Source: Sporomusaceae bacterium FL31 (GTDB taxonomy: Bacteria; Bacillota; Negativicutes; DSM-1736; Dendrosporobacteraceae). From it: a stretch of DNA of 24,000 nt. Location of the stretch: positions 48,866-72,865 of the forward strand of contig BIFV01000007.1 in the NCBI GenBank assembly GCA_003990955.1. The letters run 5' to 3'. Made by a program: the position numbers and the translations under genes. The notes under the pieces are model-generated. The model saw only the letters and a program-made list of their open reading frames with translations. It was not told the origin of the DNA and ran no database searches. Below, piece after piece: positions 16,770-24,000 of this stretch; position 1 is the first letter of the stretch, and each line of letters begins with the position of its first letter.

Positions 16770-17177
16770 ATGAGTCGTAGAAAAGCCAGAGAAATGGCAT
16801 TACAGGCTTTATTTCAGTTGGATTTTAATAAATCAGATAAAAATGAAGCTTTAGATGCAGTATTTAGTGAGCGCGAGGCAATTACAGATAATGCCAAGCA
16901 GTACACGCAGGAATTAGTGAGCGGAACTCAGGATCATCTTGATGAGATTGATGAAATTATTGCAAATAACTCGACTGAATGGAAGTTAGGACGTATGGCT
17001 GGGGTTGATCGTAATATCACTAGAATTGCCATTTATGAGTTGAAATTTGGCAAGGAACAGTTGGCGCCTAATATTATTATTAATGAGGCGGTTGAACTTG
17101 CTAAAACTTTTGGATCTGATGAATCAGGGCGGTTCGTTAATGGCATTTTAGGATCGTTAGTAAAAGCCAAGGCGTAG
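16770..17177 (+). CDS. nusB: Transcription antitermination factor NusB
   Basis: [19 protein letters not shown]...ITRIAIYEL...[25 protein letters not shown] is the canonical NusB sequence. SD AAGGAG. Confidence 0.95.
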   Translation: MSRRKAREMALQALFQLDFNKSDKNEALDAVFSEREAITDNAKQYTQELVSGTQDHLDEIDEIIANNSTEWKLGRMAGVDRNITRIAIYELKFGKEQLAPNIIINEAVELAKTFGSDESGRFVNGILGSLVKAKA

Positions 17178-17179
17178 TT

Positions 17180-18133
17180 ATGAAATATTTTATGGGTTTT
17201 GATACTAGCTGCTATACAACATCTATTGCGGTATTGGATGAAACAGGCTGTTTAGTTGCGGATAAGCGAAAAATACTTTCAGTTAAAAGCGGGGCCAGAG
17301 GAATGGCTCAGTCTGAAATGGTATTTCAGCATACGCGAAATTTACCTGATCTTTTGGATCAAATTATTGCGGATTTAGGCACGCCTATAGAACTAAAAGC
17401 TATAGGCGTTTCAGCTTTTCCCCGTTCACAGCCGGATTCCTATATGCCCGCCTTTCTCGTTGGAGAAGGGTACGCCAGAGGCCTAGCTGTAATGAATGGA
17501 ATTGGAATTTGGCGTTTGAGCCACCAGGAATCTCATATTTATGCAGGGATTTGGTCTGCTGGCGGACCCAACAAGGATCGTTTCCTAGCTGTACACGCTT
17601 CAGGCGGAACTACTGAAGTCGTCTTAGTTGAAAAAAATGATGATGTCAGCCATATTACATTATTGGGTGGGAGCAAGGATCTAAATGCCGGGCAATTTGT
17701 TGATCGCGTAGGTGTAGCGTTACATCTTCCTTTTCCAGCTGGGCGCCATCTGGAAGCTCTTGCACTACACCATCATGCGAACGCCATTGATATACCTTTT
17801 TCAGTTAAAGGATTACAGGCGAGTTTTTCCGGACCGGCCAGCCATGTTTTTCGCATGTTAGCAAAAGGTTATGCCCCCGAATCTGTAGCAGCTGGAGTTG
17901 AGCTTTGCATAGCCCGCTCATTGGCGAAGCTTATCATAGCGGCAATTGAGAAGACTGGTGTAACCGATATTCTTTTGGTTGGCGGCGTAATGTCCAATCG
18001 TTATATTCGTGAGACCATTCAGAAGAAGGTATCGAAGGCTTCTTTTATGACAAAATTACATTTTCCCGATTCGAAGTATAGTCCGGATAATGCAGTTGGT
18101 GCGGCATACTTTGCATTACAGCGAGGCACATAA
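17180..18133 (+). CDS. Kae1/TsaD-like ASKHA-fold protein (peptidase M22 family paralog, function unclear)
   Basis: The motifs parallel TsaD: FDTSCYTTS (TsaD has ETSCDET), HQESH (His-x3-His, nt 17522-17536), SGGTTE, VGGVMSN and SPDNAVGAA. The GPG loop region is divergent and the protein is 317 aa. It starts 2 nt after the nusB stop. Confidence 0.8.
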   Translation: MKYFMGFDTSCYTTSIAVLDETGCLVADKRKILSVKSGARGMAQSEMVFQHTRNLPDLLDQIIADLGTPIELKAIGVSAFPRSQPDSYMPAFLVGEGYARGLAVMNGIGIWRLSHQESHIYAGIWSAGGPNKDRFLAVHASGGTTEVVLVEKNDDVSHITLLGGSKDLNAGQFVDRVGVALHLPFPAGRHLEALALHHHANAIDIPFSVKGLQASFSGPASHVFRMLAKGYAPESVAAGVELCIARSLAKLIIAAIEKTGVTDILLVGGVMSNRYIRETIQKKVSKASFMTKLHFPDSKYSPDNAVGAAYFALQRGT

Positions 18134-18186
18134 GCACAGCCGTAAGCATATGATACATAAAAGTTACATATGCGGAGGTGATTTGG

Positions 18187-18333
18187 ATGGTGACCTATAT
18201 TCTTATAGGTGCAGTTCTTGGTGTCATTGTGGGCCATCTTATTCCACCGGGCCATTTCTTTTGGTTTGTTGTAGGGGGAATTAGCGGGTATATTGGGCAA
18301 TGCTATATTAGTCGTAAATACAAAAATTTTTAG
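18187..18333 (+). CDS. Small hydrophobic protein (48 aa), absent from the ORF track
   Basis: The ATG at 18187 is preceded by SD GGAGGTG (18174-18180, 6-nt spacing). Translation: MVTYILIGAVLGVIVGHLIPPGHFFWFVVGGISGYIGQCYISRKYKNF. This gives two hydrophobic segments and a basic tail. The stop TAG (18331-18333) is followed immediately by an intrinsic terminator. Confidence 0.55.
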   Translation: MVTYILIGAVLGVIVGHLIPPGHFFWFVVGGISGYIGQCYISRKYKNF

Positions 18334-18356
18334 CCAGACTTTTTGTCTGGTTTTTT
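18334..18356 (+). terminator. Intrinsic terminator after the small ORF
   Basis: ccagac ttttt gtctgg followed by a T6 run. Confidence 0.8.
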
Positions 18357-18393
18357 CGTTATTATTGGTATATCATTATAGAAGAATTTGTAA

Positions 18394-18402
18394 TGTTATA
18401 AT
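18394..18402 (+). promoter_or_regulatory. Candidate extended -10 promoter for xseA-xseB-ispA
   Basis: TGtTATAAT (TG at 18394-18395, TATAAT at 18397-18402), about 20 nt upstream of the xseA start. There is no good -35. Confidence 0.5.
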
Positions 18403-18423
18403 TTTTGATAAAAGGTGATCTAT

Positions 18424-19629
18424 TTGAGTATATACAGTGTGACTGAGATTACCAGATATATAAAAGATGTTTTCGATCATAACAGAACCTTAAAATCAGT
18501 CTATATCCGCGGAGAAATTTCTAATTTTAAGCGTCACTATTCGGGGCATTGTTATTTTACGTTAAAGGATAGCGGTGCAACGATTAAGGCTGTTATGTTC
18601 AAAAGCAAAGCTCAGTTTGTAAAATTTGAACCAGTTGACGGCTTAAAAGTTGTGGCTGGTGGATATGTGACAATTTTTGAACGTGATGGGCAATATCAGT
18701 TATATGTGGAGCAATTATTACCCGAGGGCGTTGGCGAATTGAGTTTGGCTTTCGCACAGTTGAAGGAAAAATTAGCGGCTGAAGGTTTATTTGACGATGC
18801 GCGCAAGCAGCAGTTACCGCTTTTGCCAAAGCGGGTTGGTGTAATTACTTCTCCTACTGGTGCTGCCTTAAGAGATATTGTCAGCGTGGCTAAGCGTCGT
18901 CATCCCGGGGTTCAGCTCTGCTTAATACCAGTACAAGTTCAAGGCCAAGAAGCTCCACGGCAAATTGCAAATGCACTGAATCTGTTTAATAGGTTGTATC
19001 AGGTGGATGTCATTATTGTCGGTAGAGGCGGCGGTTCAATTGAAGAACTCTGGTCCTTTAATGATGAGGCTGTTGTAAGGAGTATTGCACAATCTAACAT
19101 ACCGGTTGTTTCAGCAGTCGGGCATCAGACTGACTATACATTAGCAGATTTTGCTGCTGATGTAAGAGCGGCGACGCCGTCACAGGCTGCCGAGTTGGTA
19201 GTACCTGATGCTCGTGAATTGTACCGCTATGTTGTTTCAATTAAGAACTTACTGGAGTCGAGTGTTCGTAATCATATTCAGAATAAAAAGTCGCGTCTTG
19301 AGCAGAACATTCGGAGTCGGGTTTTAACTCGCCCTCAAGAGATTATTGATGCGAAGCGACAGTCTGTGGATAGCAGTTTACAGCGGCTGATCGAAATAGC
19401 CAAAAAAGCTGTTGTGGCAAAGCAGCATCAATTTAACCTGGCGGCGGAAAAACTAGCTATGTTAAACCCCTTAGCCGTTCTTGCAAGAGGCTATGGGATT
19501 ATTCGAACTCAAGATGGACATGTAATTAATAAAGTAACTGAAGTCGTTCACGGACAAAACTTGGAAGTGGTTTTACGAGACGGTTCAATCAATATTGAAG
19601 TAATCTCTGTTAAGGAGGAGCAACGGTGA
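18424..19629 (+). CDS. xseA: Exodeoxyribonuclease VII large subunit
   Basis: SIYSVTEITRYIKDVF...VYIRGEISNFKRHYSGHCYFTLKD...VGVITSPTGAALRDI...IIVGRGGGSIEELWSFNDE...ISAVGHQTDYTLADFAADVRAATPS is the canonical XseA sequence. The start is either the TTG at 18424 (SD AAAGGTGA at 18411-18418) or the GTG at 18415 (ORF track). Confidence 0.93.
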   Translation: MSIYSVTEITRYIKDVFDHNRTLKSVYIRGEISNFKRHYSGHCYFTLKDSGATIKAVMFKSKAQFVKFEPVDGLKVVAGGYVTIFERDGQYQLYVEQLLPEGVGELSLAFAQLKEKLAAEGLFDDARKQQLPLLPKRVGVITSPTGAALRDIVSVAKRRHPGVQLCLIPVQVQGQEAPRQIANALNLFNRLYQVDVIIVGRGGGSIEELWSFNDEAVVRSIAQSNIPVVSAVGHQTDYTLADFAADVRAATPSQAAELVVPDARELYRYVVSIKNLLESSVRNHIQNKKSRLEQNIRSRVLTRPQEIIDAKRQSVDSSLQRLIEIAKKAVVAKQHQFNLAAEKLAMLNPLAVLARGYGIIRTQDGHVINKVTEVVHGQNLEVVLRDGSINIEVISVKEEQR

Positions 19630-19880
19630 AGAAAAAATCAATCCAGGCCGCACAAATATCTTTTGAAGAGGCTCTTAGTAAATTAGAGGAAATCGTTAAA
19701 CAGTTAGAGAAAGGTGATGCCACTTTAGAGAATTTATTAGAAAAATTCTCTGAAGGGGTAGAGTTATCACAGTTATGCTTAACTAAACTGAATGCAGCTG
19801 AGAAGGCAGTTGATGTGATTTTACTGCAGGAAGAAAATCAATTGACTGAGCGGCCTCTAATATTACGGGAGGAAGAATAA
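19626..19880 (+). CDS. xseB: Exodeoxyribonuclease VII small subunit
   Basis: ISFEEALSKLEEIVKQLEKGDATLE...F.EGVELSQLC is the XseB signature. The GTG start overlaps the xseA stop by 4 nt. Confidence 0.93.
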   Translation: MKKKSIQAAQISFEEALSKLEEIVKQLEKGDATLENLLEKFSEGVELSQLCLTKLNAAEKAVDVILLQEENQLTERPLILREEE

Positions 19881-20758
19881 TGTTAAAAGCATATTGCAGG
19901 CAGAAGGCTCAACTTATTGATCATAAATTATCTGAATTTATTCCAACCGATCATGTAATCGCACCCATCATTTTTGAGGCAATGCGTTATAGCCTGTTAG
20001 CAGGCGGTAAACGATTGCGCCCGGCTTTATTACTTGCAGCTGCAGATGCTGTAGGAGGAAAAGGCGATGATTATCTCCATGTTGCTTGTGGTCTGGAAAT
20101 GATCCATACTTATTCATTAATTCATGATGATTTACCGGCAATGGATAATGATGACTATCGTCGTGGAAAACTAACCAATCATAAGGTGTTTGGTGAAGCT
20201 ATGGCCATTTTAGCTGGAGATGCCTTACTGACAGCCGCTTTTGAAATTATGCTGCAACAAGAGGGTGTAGAGCCGAAAAATCTAATAAAAGTTGTTCGTG
20301 AAATAAGTTTTGCTGCCGGACCGCAAGGAATGGTGGGTGGACAAGCTATAGATTTGGTATCTGAGGGTAAAACTATTGATATGGATACAATTATGCTGAT
20401 GCATCAGGCAAAAACCGGTGCATTATTTAAAGCGGCAATTCGATCTGGTGCAATATTAGCAAATGCTGGCGAAGCTGAGTTGAACTTACTCACTAGATAT
20501 GCAGATGATTTTGGTTTGGCTTTTCAAATTACTGATGATATATTAGACGTTATTGGTAGTCAGGATAAAATTGGAAAACCAGTTGGCAGTGATATGCGCA
20601 ATCAAAAAGCGACCTATGTGAGTATGTATTCATTAGATGGTGCTCGGAGGTTGGCGGATGAAGCTGTTGAAAGGGCTATCGTTGCATTAAATGATTTCGG
20701 TGAAGAGGCAGAAATATTACGCCAGATGGTGCGGTACTTAATATCACGCGACAGTTGA
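19880..20758 (+). CDS. ispA: Farnesyl diphosphate synthase (polyprenyl synthetase family)
   Basis: GGKRLRP, first DDxxD region (LIHDDLPAMDNDDYRRG), KTGALF, and second DDxxD (FQITDDILD). The ATG overlaps the xseB stop. Confidence 0.9.
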   Translation: MLKAYCRQKAQLIDHKLSEFIPTDHVIAPIIFEAMRYSLLAGGKRLRPALLLAAADAVGGKGDDYLHVACGLEMIHTYSLIHDDLPAMDNDDYRRGKLTNHKVFGEAMAILAGDALLTAAFEIMLQQEGVEPKNLIKVVREISFAAGPQGMVGGQAIDLVSEGKTIDMDTIMLMHQAKTGALFKAAIRSGAILANAGEAELNLLTRYADDFGLAFQITDDILDVIGSQDKIGKPVGSDMRNQKATYVSMYSLDGARRLADEAVERAIVALNDFGEEAEILRQMVRYLISRDS

Positions 20759-20767
20759 GGTGGCAAT

Positions 20768-21232
20768 ATGGCAAACTTTTTTGTAGCTCTAGGACAAAAT
20801 GTTGTTTTTATGTCGGCAATTACTGCCTGGTTTTTAGCACAAATACTTAAAACCCTAACTTCCTATTGGAAGCATGGTGAGTTTAATCTTGAACGGCTCG
20901 TAGGTGCGGGTGGTATGCCTAGTTCACATACGGCCTTGGTGGTTGGGCTGGCTTCGGCAGTGGGGCTTCATGAAGGTTTGCAATCTTCGCTGTTTGGTGT
21001 GGCCGTTGTTTTAGCCAGCATTGTCATGTATGATGCTGCTGGTGTAAGGCGAGCAGCTGGTAAACAAGCTAAGGTGATTAATAAACTTGTTCGTCAGCTG
21101 CGGGTGGAGCATACCTTACATGATATTAGGCTGAAAGAACTATTAGGGCATACACCCTTAGAAGTGATGGCAGGAGCATTGCTTGGGTTTGCTGTAGCTT
21201 ATGTATTTAATAAATTGATGATTATTCAGTAA
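20768..21232 (+). CDS. Divergent PAP2 family membrane protein (DUF212 / YuiD-like, acid phosphatase/vanadium haloperoxidase-related)
   Basis: Polytopic 154-aa protein with GGMPSSHTALV, MYDAAGVRRAAGKQA and LLGHTPLEVMAG, as in DUF212. SD GAGGTGG. Confidence 0.85.
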   Translation: MANFFVALGQNVVFMSAITAWFLAQILKTLTSYWKHGEFNLERLVGAGGMPSSHTALVVGLASAVGLHEGLQSSLFGVAVVLASIVMYDAAGVRRAAGKQAKVINKLVRQLRVEHTLHDIRLKELLGHTPLEVMAGALLGFAVAYVFNKLMIIQ

Positions 21233-21237
21233 ATTTT

Positions 21238-21246
21238 TGTTATAAT
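21238..21246 (+). promoter_or_regulatory. Candidate extended -10 promoter for dxs
   Basis: TGtTATAAT (TG at 21238-21239, TATAAT at 21241-21246), 50 nt upstream of the dxs TTG start. The -35 is weak. Confidence 0.45.
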
Positions 21247-21296
21247 GATTTGGTAATATTTTTAAGTAGATGTGGTTCTGAAAGAAGGGACTCCAG

Positions 21297-23183
21297 TTGA
21301 AAAGCTTACTTGATACGATAGATCACCCGCGGCAGTTAAAGAATTTATCACTTGCTCAGTTGGAAAAGCTCGCCGGAGAAATCCGCGGGCTTCTTGTACA
21401 TACAGTTGCCAAAACTGGTGGACATTTAGCGCCAAATTTAGGAATCGTTGAATTAACCATTGCCTTGCACCGCGTATTTGATAGTCCTAGCGACAAGTTT
21501 GTTTGGGATGTTGGTCATCAAGCTTATGTACATAAAATTCTAACAGGGCGACAAAAGTATTTTGCTACCCTTCGCCAACAGGGTGGACTCAGTGGTTTTC
21601 CTAAAATGTGTGAGAGTGAACATGACGCTTTTGGTACTGGTCATTCCAGTACATCCATATCCGCAGCTTTAGGGCTGGCCTTAGCCAGAGATCTTTCTGG
21701 AATGAAAAACCATGTTATTGCGGTTATTGGAGACGGATCACTAACTGGCGGCCAAGCTTATGAAGCTTTGAATCATGCTGGCGATCTCGGTACTAATCTT
21801 ATTGTTATTTTAAATGATAATGAGATGTCGATTGATAAAAATGTTGGAGCAATGTCTGATTATTTATCAAAGATGCGTACAGCTCCTACTTATAATCGAG
21901 TTAAACATGATATTGAATTTTTACTCAGACGTATACCGGCAATTGGTGACAGTGTAGCGAAAACTGTTGAAAGAGTGAAAGATAGCTTGCGGTATTTGCT
22001 TGTGCCGGGAATGCTGTTTGAAGAATTGGGTTTTACCTACATTGGGCCGATTGATGGGCATAATATTGATCTTATCAGCGAAGTATTAGAGCAGGCTAAG
22101 GCGATGAATGGGCCTGTGCTTATTCATAATCTAACGCGCAAAGGTAAAGGGTATCAGCCAGCTGAATGCCAGGCTGATAAGTTTCATGGCGTAGGACCTT
22201 TTTGTATTGAATCAGGTGAAATTATTAAGAATGGCAATAAGCCAACCTTTACATCTGTTTTTGGCAATACTTTAGTTGAACTGGCTAAACAAAATGACAA
22301 TATTGTAGCAATAACGGCAGCGATGCCTGAAGGAACGGGTTTGAAAAAATTTGCCGGGCTATTTCCTAACAGATTTTTTGATGTTGGAATTGCCGAGCCT
22401 CATGCTGCTACTGTTGCTGCCGGCTTAGCAGCCGGAGGGAAAACGCCTGTGATTGCCTTATACTCAACATTTGGCCAAAGGGCCTATGATCAAATATTGC
22501 ACGATATCTGTTTGCAAGATCTTCCTGTGATCTTTGCATTCGATCGAGCTGGTATTGTTGGCGAGGATGGTCCTACCCATCATGGTGTTTTTGATTTTAG
22601 TTATCTGAGGCACATACCCAATCTGGTATTAATGGCCCCAAAGGATGAGAATGAACTGCGTCATATGCTGTATACAGCAACAATATCCAAGGCGCCAACA
22701 GCCATTCGCTATCCTCGTGGTAGTGGTCTAGGTGTGCCTATGGACACTGGTTTCAAAGAAATTCCAATTGGAAAAGCCGAAATACTGAAACCAGCTAAAG
22801 ATATTGTTTTTTTGGCAGTGGGTGCTATGGTTGAACCATGTCAGCAAGCCAGTTTGCTATTAGCTGAAGCTGGCATTCAGGCAGGAGTGGTTAATGCGCG
22901 CTTCATAAAACCTTTAGATGAACCAATGATTAGAGAATTAGCGCGTGAAGTAGGGATTTTTGTTACAGTTGAGGATAATATTTTAGCTGGCGGGTTTGGC
23001 TCTGCAGTTTTGGAATATATGAATGCGAATCAGCTGAATTGGGTTAAATTATTAAGGCTGGGAATACCAGACAAATTTATTGAACATGGTACCAGACAAA
23101 ATTTGCTTAGCCAATATGGGCTAACAAGTGATGGCATTTGTAAGAAAGTCATAGCGTTTATGAAGCATTATGGGGCACGGTGA
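21297..23183 (+). CDS. dxs: 1-deoxy-D-xylulose-5-phosphate synthase
   Basis: LLDTIDHPRQLKNLSLAQLEKLAGEIR...TGGHLAPNLGIVELTIALHRVFDSP.DKFVWDVGHQAYVHKILTGR...GHSSTSISAALG...GDGSLTGGQAYEALN is the canonical Dxs sequence. TTG start. Confidence 0.96.
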   Translation: MKSLLDTIDHPRQLKNLSLAQLEKLAGEIRGLLVHTVAKTGGHLAPNLGIVELTIALHRVFDSPSDKFVWDVGHQAYVHKILTGRQKYFATLRQQGGLSGFPKMCESEHDAFGTGHSSTSISAALGLALARDLSGMKNHVIAVIGDGSLTGGQAYEALNHAGDLGTNLIVILNDNEMSIDKNVGAMSDYLSKMRTAPTYNRVKHDIEFLLRRIPAIGDSVAKTVERVKDSLRYLLVPGMLFEELGFTYIGPIDGHNIDLISEVLEQAKAMNGPVLIHNLTRKGKGYQPAECQADKFHGVGPFCIESGEIIKNGNKPTFTSVFGNTLVELAKQNDNIVAITAAMPEGTGLKKFAGLFPNRFFDVGIAEPHAATVAAGLAAGGKTPVIALYSTFGQRAYDQILHDICLQDLPVIFAFDRAGIVGEDGPTHHGVFDFSYLRHIPNLVLMAPKDENELRHMLYTATISKAPTAIRYPRGSGLGVPMDTGFKEIPIGKAEILKPAKDIVFLAVGAMVEPCQQASLLLAEAGIQAGVVNARFIKPLDEPMIRELAREVGIFVTVEDNILAGGFGSAVLEYMNANQLNWVKLLRLGIPDKFIEHGTRQNLLSQYGLTSDGICKKVIAFMKHYGAR

Positions 23184-23187
23184 TATA

Positions 23188-23991
23188 GTGAAAAAAGAAC
23201 GGTTAGATGTTTTACTTGTTGAAAAGAACCTTGTAACAAGCCGGGAACGGGCAAAGTCTTGTATTATGGCAGGATTGGTGTTTGTCGATAATCAAAAAAT
23301 AGATAAAGCAGGCACATTAGTACCAACTACTGCTAATATTACAGTGGCAGGCGACAGTATCGGCTATGTAAGTCGCGGCGGATTAAAATTGGCAAAAGCA
23401 CTTGCTGCTTTTGCGCTTGATTTAAACGGCAAGGTGATTGCCGATATTGGTGCGTCAACAGGCGGTTTTACTGACTGTGCTTTGAAAAATGGCGCATTGC
23501 GGGTTTATGCGATTGATGTTGGTTATGGACAACTGGCTTGGTCATTAAGAACTGATAGCAGAGTCATTAATATGGAGCGGACTAATATTCGTAATGTGAC
23601 ACCAGCGGATATTGGGGAATTGATCGACTTTGCCTGTATTGATGTGGCCTTTATATCTCTTGATAAGGTGCTTCCGTCAGTCAAAATGCTATTAGCACCG
23701 CAAGGAGAGTTGGTAGCTCTCATTAAACCCCAGTTCGAGGCCGGTCGAGAAAAGGTTGGCAAAAAAGGTGTAGTAAGAGACCCAGCGGTTCATCAAGAGG
23801 TCATTCGCAAGGTGATTGCTTGCTGCCGCAGTGTGTCACTTACTCCACTGAAACTGAGTTTTTCTCCAATCAAGGGGCCTGAAGGGAATATTGAATATCT
23901 TATCTATCTATCGAATATGATTGATATACCCAGTGAAGTCGACGAACAAGTGATCGAGCAAGTCGTTAGCGAAGCACATATCAGCTTGTAA
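23188..23991 (+). CDS. tlyA: TlyA family 16S/23S rRNA (cytidine-2'-O)-methyltransferase (YqxC-like)
   Basis: S4 domain (KKERLDVLLVEKNLVTSRERAKSCIMAGLVFV) and an FtsJ-type methyltransferase (DIGASTGGFTDCAL, IDVGYGQLAW, FISL). I prefer the GTG at 23188 (typical MKKERLD N-terminus) to the ATG at 23170, which overlaps the end of dxs. Confidence 0.9.
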   Translation: MKKERLDVLLVEKNLVTSRERAKSCIMAGLVFVDNQKIDKAGTLVPTTANITVAGDSIGYVSRGGLKLAKALAAFALDLNGKVIADIGASTGGFTDCALKNGALRVYAIDVGYGQLAWSLRTDSRVINMERTNIRNVTPADIGELIDFACIDVAFISLDKVLPSVKMLLAPQGELVALIKPQFEAGREKVGKKGVVRDPAVHQEVIRKVIACCRSVSLTPLKLSFSPIKGPEGNIEYLIYLSNMIDIPSEVDEQVIEQVVSEAHISL

Positions 23992-24000
23992 TCTCCAATA

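Noticed and set aside
97-18284. Out-of-frame + strand ORFs overlapping real genes: 97-324, 3102-3287, 4524-4724, 9814-10092, 18090-18284.
   Set aside because: They are embedded in alternative frames of alaS, mltG, the U32 gene, the zinc-ribbon gene and the Kae1-like gene/micro-ORF. They have no SD and implausible sequences. The ORF at 18090-18284 is displaced by the better-supported 48-aa ORF at 18187-18333 in a different frame.
603-18829. All minus-strand ORFs in the track: 603-821, 919-1125, 1430-1627, 4844-5059, 6039-6221, 6347-6571, 6501-6686, 6821-7018, 7423-7623, 8043-8282, 8182-8445, 11953-12159, 12205-12414, 13129-13353, 14751-14939, 15428-15634, 16244-16474, 18019-18300, 18599-18829, plus 23523-23762 just beyond this span.
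   Set aside because: Each lies antisense to a confidently identified + strand gene. None has a recognisable SD, and their translations are low-complexity or Cys/Ser/Thr-rich, typical of shadow frames. None resembles a known family.
1-24000. A novel defence, mobile or accessory multi-gene system (toxin-antitoxin, CRISPR, retron, phage island, integrative element).
   Set aside because: Every substantial ORF is accounted for by a conserved housekeeping or sporulation family in a well-known syntenic order. There are no integrases, transposases, repeat arrays, tRNA attachment sites or strand switches. The unusual items are isolated function-unknown genes, not a coherent new system.

Overview
This window looks like a conserved core chromosomal region of an endospore-forming Firmicute (Bacillota). 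I call about 35 protein genes, all on the + strand, tightly packed and often translationally coupled. I could not recognise any rRNA or tRNA gene, CRISPR array, transposase, integrase, phage gene or defence gene.

Gene order:
- alaS (3' part), ireB/yrzL-like, ruvX, DUF1292, mltG
- YrrM/TrmR-like O-methyltransferase, U32 peptidase (TrhP/YrrO-like), DUF4911, class B PBP
- aroQ, M24 Xaa-Pro peptidase, efp, CD1247-like zinc-ribbon protein
- the complete spoIIIAA-AH operon
- asp23, amaP-like, DUF2273, nusB, Kae1/TsaD-like paralog, a 48-aa membrane ORF missed by the ORF track
- xseA, xseB, ispA, DUF212/divergent-PAP2, dxs, tlyA

This joins two blocks that, as I recall, are separate in Bacillus subtilis: alaS..yrrO/pbpI and aroQ..yqxC. 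The presence of DUF4911 and a CD1247-like gene suggests Clostridia or Negativicutes rather than Bacilli, at low confidence.

I see no convincing novel multi-gene system here, and the region reads as ordinary core genome. The best leads are single function-unknown genes in informative conserved contexts:
- the Kae1/TsaD-like paralog in the slot folD occupies in Bacillus
- DUF4911 coupled to a lone U32 enzyme
- the monocistronic zinc-ribbon gene between efp and spoIIIA
- DUF212/PAP2 between ispA and dxs
- the small membrane ORF
- repeat and palindrome structure upstream of asp23

All family assignments come from reading the translated sequences and from remembered motifs. No database search was run.
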